Assembly: GCA_000934665.2 (NCBI GenBank)
Contig: KZ538027.1
Location: forward strand, 124,001 to 155,624
Direction of reading: 5' to 3'
From: Catajapyx aquilonaris
Taxonomy: Eukaryota
DNA: 31,624 nt
Part shown: one piece after another, positions 27,001 through 31,624 of the stretch
Numbering within the stretch: the first letter of the stretch is position 1
How the letters are laid out: each line of letters opens with the position of its first letter
Notes under the pieces: model-generated
What the model was told of the DNA's origin: nothing
What the model saw: only the letters and a program-made list of their open reading frames with translations
Databases searched by the model: none
Position numbers and translations under genes: made by a program

Positions 27001-27335
27001 CTTCATCTAAAGGGAACATGTAGACGGCCTCGATCGGACCATCCTCTTCATTTTTGTAGGTCTGCTCCAGCGTGACTTGAGTGGCAAAATCAACTAGACG
27101 AGCCTTCACGGACACTTCCTTCAACGGAAGAGGCACAGTTCTCTCTTTCTCCATAAATATTAACCCATATAAATCGATGCATGTGGTGATTAGGGTAGGG
27201 CCTGGATCTGGCATGGTAATGGGACGGCCTGAAGTTAAATCAGGAAATTAATTAAATATAATATGTTGGTAATAAATTAATGAAAATTACAAATGGCTTA
27301 CTTTTTGACTTAACAATGTTGCGCAACCAATCCAT
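24007..27335 (-). CDS. VWA5A: VWA5A-like (VIT + vWA), paralog 2, multi-exon
   Basis: Exon 1 MDWLRNIVKSK (27335-27302) splices in frame to ...LPLKEVSVKARLVDFATQVTLEQTYKNEEDGPIEAVYMFPLDE; LPTTIAPRY, MDRDFVLL, LIFLLDRSGSM, FNIVGFG, DMGGTEI, VLTDGEVSNT, KYGLVSSLTSFVAVD, TWELAAAKSKKWL, TGA at 24009-24007. Confidence 0.88.
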
Positions 27336-27437
27336 AGTTTCAGGTGTAATTAAGATGCACTTGACCAATAAATTTCCAGATTAGTCAGAGCAATTGAGTC
27401 TGTAATAATAATTGAAGAATTATCCACCTTTTTGCGT

Positions 27438-28085
27438 AGGACGCATATTTCACGAATAATTCTGATGTAAATAATTAGGCAGAAACCGCTCCTATTATTA
27501 TCCCTAAAAGTATATGAATTACAGGTTACAATAATGTGTTAGTTGCATGTGATATGAGCGAAAAAAAATATATTTCGTAATATTTCGCGCAGTTTTATTA
27601 CTTACTTATCGCAAAAAAAAATTGACGTATGAAGCATGACCAGAAATTTCGCAAACTCCTCAATTCAAATAATTTGCACATAACGTGACTCATTCTGAGT
27701 CAGGATTTTATCTGTGTCTCTTTGCACTGCATGGTGTAATTAGTCTACCAATTGGTACGAATTGACAGCTACTGTTAATCAATTATTATATTACCTGTCA
27801 GATGTGGTAGTGTTATGAACTTGTTGAAACTTAACAAATCGGGAGGGGAAAATCGTCCTTGTGCTGCACAGACAGACTGTATACTTTGGGAATACTTTTC
27901 TTGCGCTACTGACATCAAAGATAACTTTTCCTTAGTATCTTTGACTGACAAGAGATATAATCGTGTTTCCAAGCTCTTCCCGTCGAAATATTCAAGGACA
28001 AAAGTTGGAAATACACGGTACGTAATCTGATAAGGTTGACTATAACTTGTGAGAATCCCATTCAATTTGTAATTAGAAGAGTAGG
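27438..28085. repeat. Direct repeat copy A (about 650 bp), upstream of VWA5A paralog 2
   Basis: Collinear with 29651-30249, from AGGACGCATATTTCAC through AACTTGTGAGAATCCCAT...AGAAGAGTA, with substitutions and small indels. Confidence 0.9.
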
Positions 28086-28468
28086 CCCTACTACGATATA
28101 TTCATTAGTAAGAACTAAGATACACTGTGTTGTGGCTGTACTGCTGGGCGCTTGTTGGAAAACATAACAGACACCAACTATATACGGTAGTATTTTCCTT
28201 CTCCCCTATATAGTTTACAATAACTGGTACACTACCAATAACCTTAACCTGTAGTTAGTGCATCCTAATAAGGACTCTCCTACGAGCCCTCCTACCGAGG
28301 TCGCAATTATCAACAAAAAAAAAGGGTGGGGGGTGGGGGGAGGGGAAAAAAATTCGGAAACTTTTTTTATTTTTTAAATCGTGACAGGGGCTACTTGTAT
28401 ATTTTTGCTTCACTCAAAGTTCAGAACATTTTGTGGTTGTGATGGTTTCCTCAGATGCAGCCACTGCA

Positions 28469-29337
28469 CTAGCTATAGTACAGAAGGCGGGCCAAGCAGA
28501 TGACTAGGGGCAGGGGCACGGGGACGACGACGGAAGGTAGGGCATGGGCAGGTGCTCCGTTGTGGGGATGACGGTCCACACCAGGTCGTGCACCGCCGCC
28601 GGAGGAACGACCATCGCCACCGGAGGAACCATCGCCGCCGGAGGACGAACCACCACGCGGAGGATCCGGGGCATAACCGCCGTTGCACTGCTGTTGATCG
28701 CAAGCGCATACCTTCGTTGGCAGAGGCGTGGCAGGCATGGTAGCAGGAACCACATCGCAATCCTTCAACAAGTTGTACATCGTCCGTGACGCATACATGC
28801 AGGTGAAGACAGAGACGCCTGGAGAGAAAGCATGGGGAAACCAGGTCACTTATAATTTGAAAAGGATCTTCACGTGACCCCAATGTTTCGAACAACTGTT
28901 CGTCTTCATTGGGGTGCACTAGCAGAGAGTGACACACCAATAATACATAGTTCGCCAAACATAATTGGCACTGCTTACTTGTGTTGGCCGTGGAGACGCA
29001 GTACCAATTACAATCCACCATCATACCAGTACCGCTGGAACAGGTTCTATGTTCGACTAAGTAGTTTTTCCCGGGCATTTCCTTTATCTCGGTGCAATTC
29101 TTTATATCCCCATTTGTGCCCTTACAACGATCACCAGCATCTGTCCGCGGGCACACCTGAAAATAGCACATGCGACCGGTGGCTGCCGACAATAGCCATC
29201 GTTGTTGAGTGTTATCAAAAAGCACGGAACCTGCACAGTGTGCATAATAATTATTGTGGCTCACCAGGCGTGGCCATCATGGCGAGGACGAGGAAGATGA
29301 CGAGGCTGCTGCCTCCATCAAACCAGGGGGAAGCCAT
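28469..29337 (-). CDS. GPI-anchored cysteine-rich Ly6/three-finger-like protein; exons 29337-29265, 29182-28979, 28818-28469
   Basis: Signal peptide MASPWFDGGSSLVIFLVLAMMATPATG, then RMCYFQVC... with 12 Cys ending in VCACDQQQCNG (Ly6-type CxCxxxxCN), Gly/Ser linker and hydrophobic C-terminal tail (HNG-APAHALPSVVVPVPLPLVICLARLLYYS*). Two phase-1 GT-AG introns. Confidence 0.8.
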
Positions 29338-29650
29338 CCTGGACCCTGCTCTTTTGGAGTAGATTGATACTGATAACAACCGGCTTGTCGGCAAAACTGA
29401 ATGGAACTGAGCAGAATGCCATAATAATCAACATCAACAAACCAGGGGGCAAAGGGCAAGGCAAAGGGTCAATCGCATGGGAATGGGACGAAAGGGACCC
29501 CTGAAAATGTCAGCGTATTCCTTGGGCCAAAACAAGTCGAAAATGTAGGGGGGGGGGGGGGNGGGGGGGGGGAAATGTCGAGACGTGGTTTAGCAGTGAT
29601 GTAATAACCATTCACCCTTAATTAGTATCGTCAATCTGAGCAACAAGTCC

Positions 29651-30249
29651 AGGACGCATATTTCACTTATAATTTATTCCGATGTAAAAATGCAGTAACC
29701 TCCTCCTGTTTCATTATCCCTAAAAATATATGAATTATATACAGGTTACAATGTGTTAGTTGCGTGATATGAGCGAAAAACTGGCTATTTTCTAATATCG
29801 CGGTTTTGTTACTTATCGCCGCAAAAAATTGACGCATGAAGCATGACCAGAAATTGCGCAAACTCCTCAATTCAAATAATTTGCACATGACAACGTGACT
29901 CATTGTGAGCCAGGATTTTATCTATGGCTCTTTGCACTGTGGTGTAATTAGTCTACCAATTGCTACGAATTGACACCTGTTAATATTACCTGTCAGATAG
30001 TGTTATGAACTTGCTGATTCTAAAAACAAATCGGGGGGAAAATCGTCCTTTGTGCATAATACAGACAGACTTTGGGAATACTTTTCTTGCACTAGTAGGC
30101 TACACTGATAATGAGAGATAGTATATAGTTTTTCCAGGCTCTTTTTCCAGGCGAAATATTCAAGGACAAGCGGTTGTGGAAGTATGTAATCTGATAAGAA
30201 TGACTTAACTTGTGAGAATCCCATGAAATTTTTAATAAGAAGAGTAAGG
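29651..30249. repeat. Direct repeat copy B (about 600 bp), upstream of the Ly6-like gene
   Basis: Diverged copy of 27438-28085 in the same orientation. Confidence 0.9.
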
Positions 30250-30289
30250 AGGTTGTCATATTCGTTATAGTAGAATACCCACTGGGCTT

Positions 30290-31342
30290 GGGTGCAGTTT
30301 AGAGCCGCAAAAATCTTGCAGGTTTCTATACATTTTCTGAATCTACTCGATGAGCTGAGTCGGATGACACTATTCCTAGTGTGCGGAAATGTGTGGTTCA
30401 AGAGTAATTGAATTTTGAAATTGCATGTAATAACAATGAGTAAAATGAAAGTAAACAAGTGTTCCTTTGTTGAGAGTGTTCACTCCCATTGTTGCGTCAG
30501 GTGATTCTCCGTGGAAACGTGAGAGATTCCATGGAAACGTGCTGTGAGGGATGCTGAATGATGTAAATAAACGGTTGTTCTTGGTTCGTTGGACATAGAA
30601 CGGGAGTGAAGGAGTTTAATTTAACATTATTCAGGAGCGTCCATGGCCGAGGCATTGCATCGGTGCTTATCAGGAATAATTGGGCAAGCCTTCCTGGAAG
30701 TAATGAGGGAGGTTGCTTGGTATCTCCTGGGCCACTGCTCGAGGCCTTCTTGCCCGCCAACAAGTGTGGCCGTAAAATGAATCCTAAGCTTTTACTCAAG
30801 GCATGCCCCACTCTGATTGTGTTGGTGTTATCTGTGAGGCGTTGGTGTGACCGCACCAGTGCTGTCCGTCTTGTGGCCCTGCCAGGCACGGTACGTCGCC
30901 TGTGCGTGATATTTTTAGTTTTTGCGGAGCGAAAGCGGAGCTGGGCGCTTATTGTGGGTTTCTGTATCCGCAACATTTACTGTCCGTCTTGTGGCGCCGC
31001 AGGCCAACGAACGTTATTGTGGCTTTGCCACATCCACATCCGCAACACCCACATCTACGCCACCACAAGGCGGACAGTATTGCTGCAAACACACAACCCC
31101 CAAACTACGTTTAAAATTGCCATGGATATTCGTTCACTCAACAATGGGAGTAAACTGTTTCAACAAAGGAACACTTGTTTATTTTCATTTATTAATTGTT
31201 ATTACTTGCATTTACAAAGTTCAATTACTCTTGCACCAAGCATTTCCGCACACTAGGAATAGTGTCATTCGACTCATCTCATCGAGTAGATTCAGAAAAT
31301 ATATAGAAACCTGGAAGACTTTTGCGGCTCTAAACTGCACCC
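30290..31342. mobile_element. Non-autonomous DNA transposon with about 205 bp TIRs (PIF/Harbinger-like termini)
   Basis: 30290-30494 (GGGTGCAGTTTAGAGCCGCAAAA...CTCCCATTGTTG) is the imperfect reverse complement of 31139-31342. Termini GGG...CCC, flanks CTT and TTA (imperfect TSD). No transposase motif in the interior. Confidence 0.8.
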
Positions 31343-31624
31343 TTACCATACACTGCATTAAAAAGTTGGAAAAACTGAAAAAAATGGTAGACGATTTCCA
31401 AGACCTTTTTAATTTATTTAAAAATCGTCACATGGACTACTCATCACTCGAAAAATATGTGTGGTTGATGGTTTAACTATAGCGGAACCGGTCGTTATTT
31501 TCTTCAATGCAGCACTGCACCTAGTAGTACAGTGCTGGACACAATAGCATATAACAAGTGTAAACAACGACTTTGGCGTTACCTGGCAACTGGTCGTGTT
31601 CGGACATCGTCATGTGGAGAGTGC

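Noticed and set aside
30003..31476. Similar peptides (FPHTRNSVIRL) in ORFs on opposite strands
   Set aside because: A direct consequence of the long terminal inverted repeats, not paralogous genes.

Overview
Gene-dense eukaryotic (invertebrate, probably arthropod) genomic DNA with many very short GT-AG introns (about 50-110 nt), so the ORF track fragments or misses most real genes. Gene models spliced by hand, left to right: first coding exon of a RERG/RASL-like small GTPase (-, continues out of the window), NDUFB2 (+), TMEM138 (-) whose 4.1 kb intron hosts an antisense, spliced, catalytically degenerate BED-finger/hAT transposase-derived gene (+), a two-exon gene for a 59-aa secreted precursor with a strongly cationic Lys/Arg/His-rich mature peptide (antimicrobial-peptide candidate, +), two VWA5A-like (VIT+vWA) paralogs (-) flanking an intron-containing PRMT6 (+), and a GPI-anchored Ly6/three-finger-like gene (-) bracketed by a ~630 bp direct repeat. 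Also a TA-flanked MITE, a ~1.05 kb element with ~205 bp terminal inverted repeats, several degenerate tandem repeats and one assembly gap. No prokaryotic features, RNA genes or CRISPR arrays were seen. Gene identities come from recalled family motifs, not database searches.
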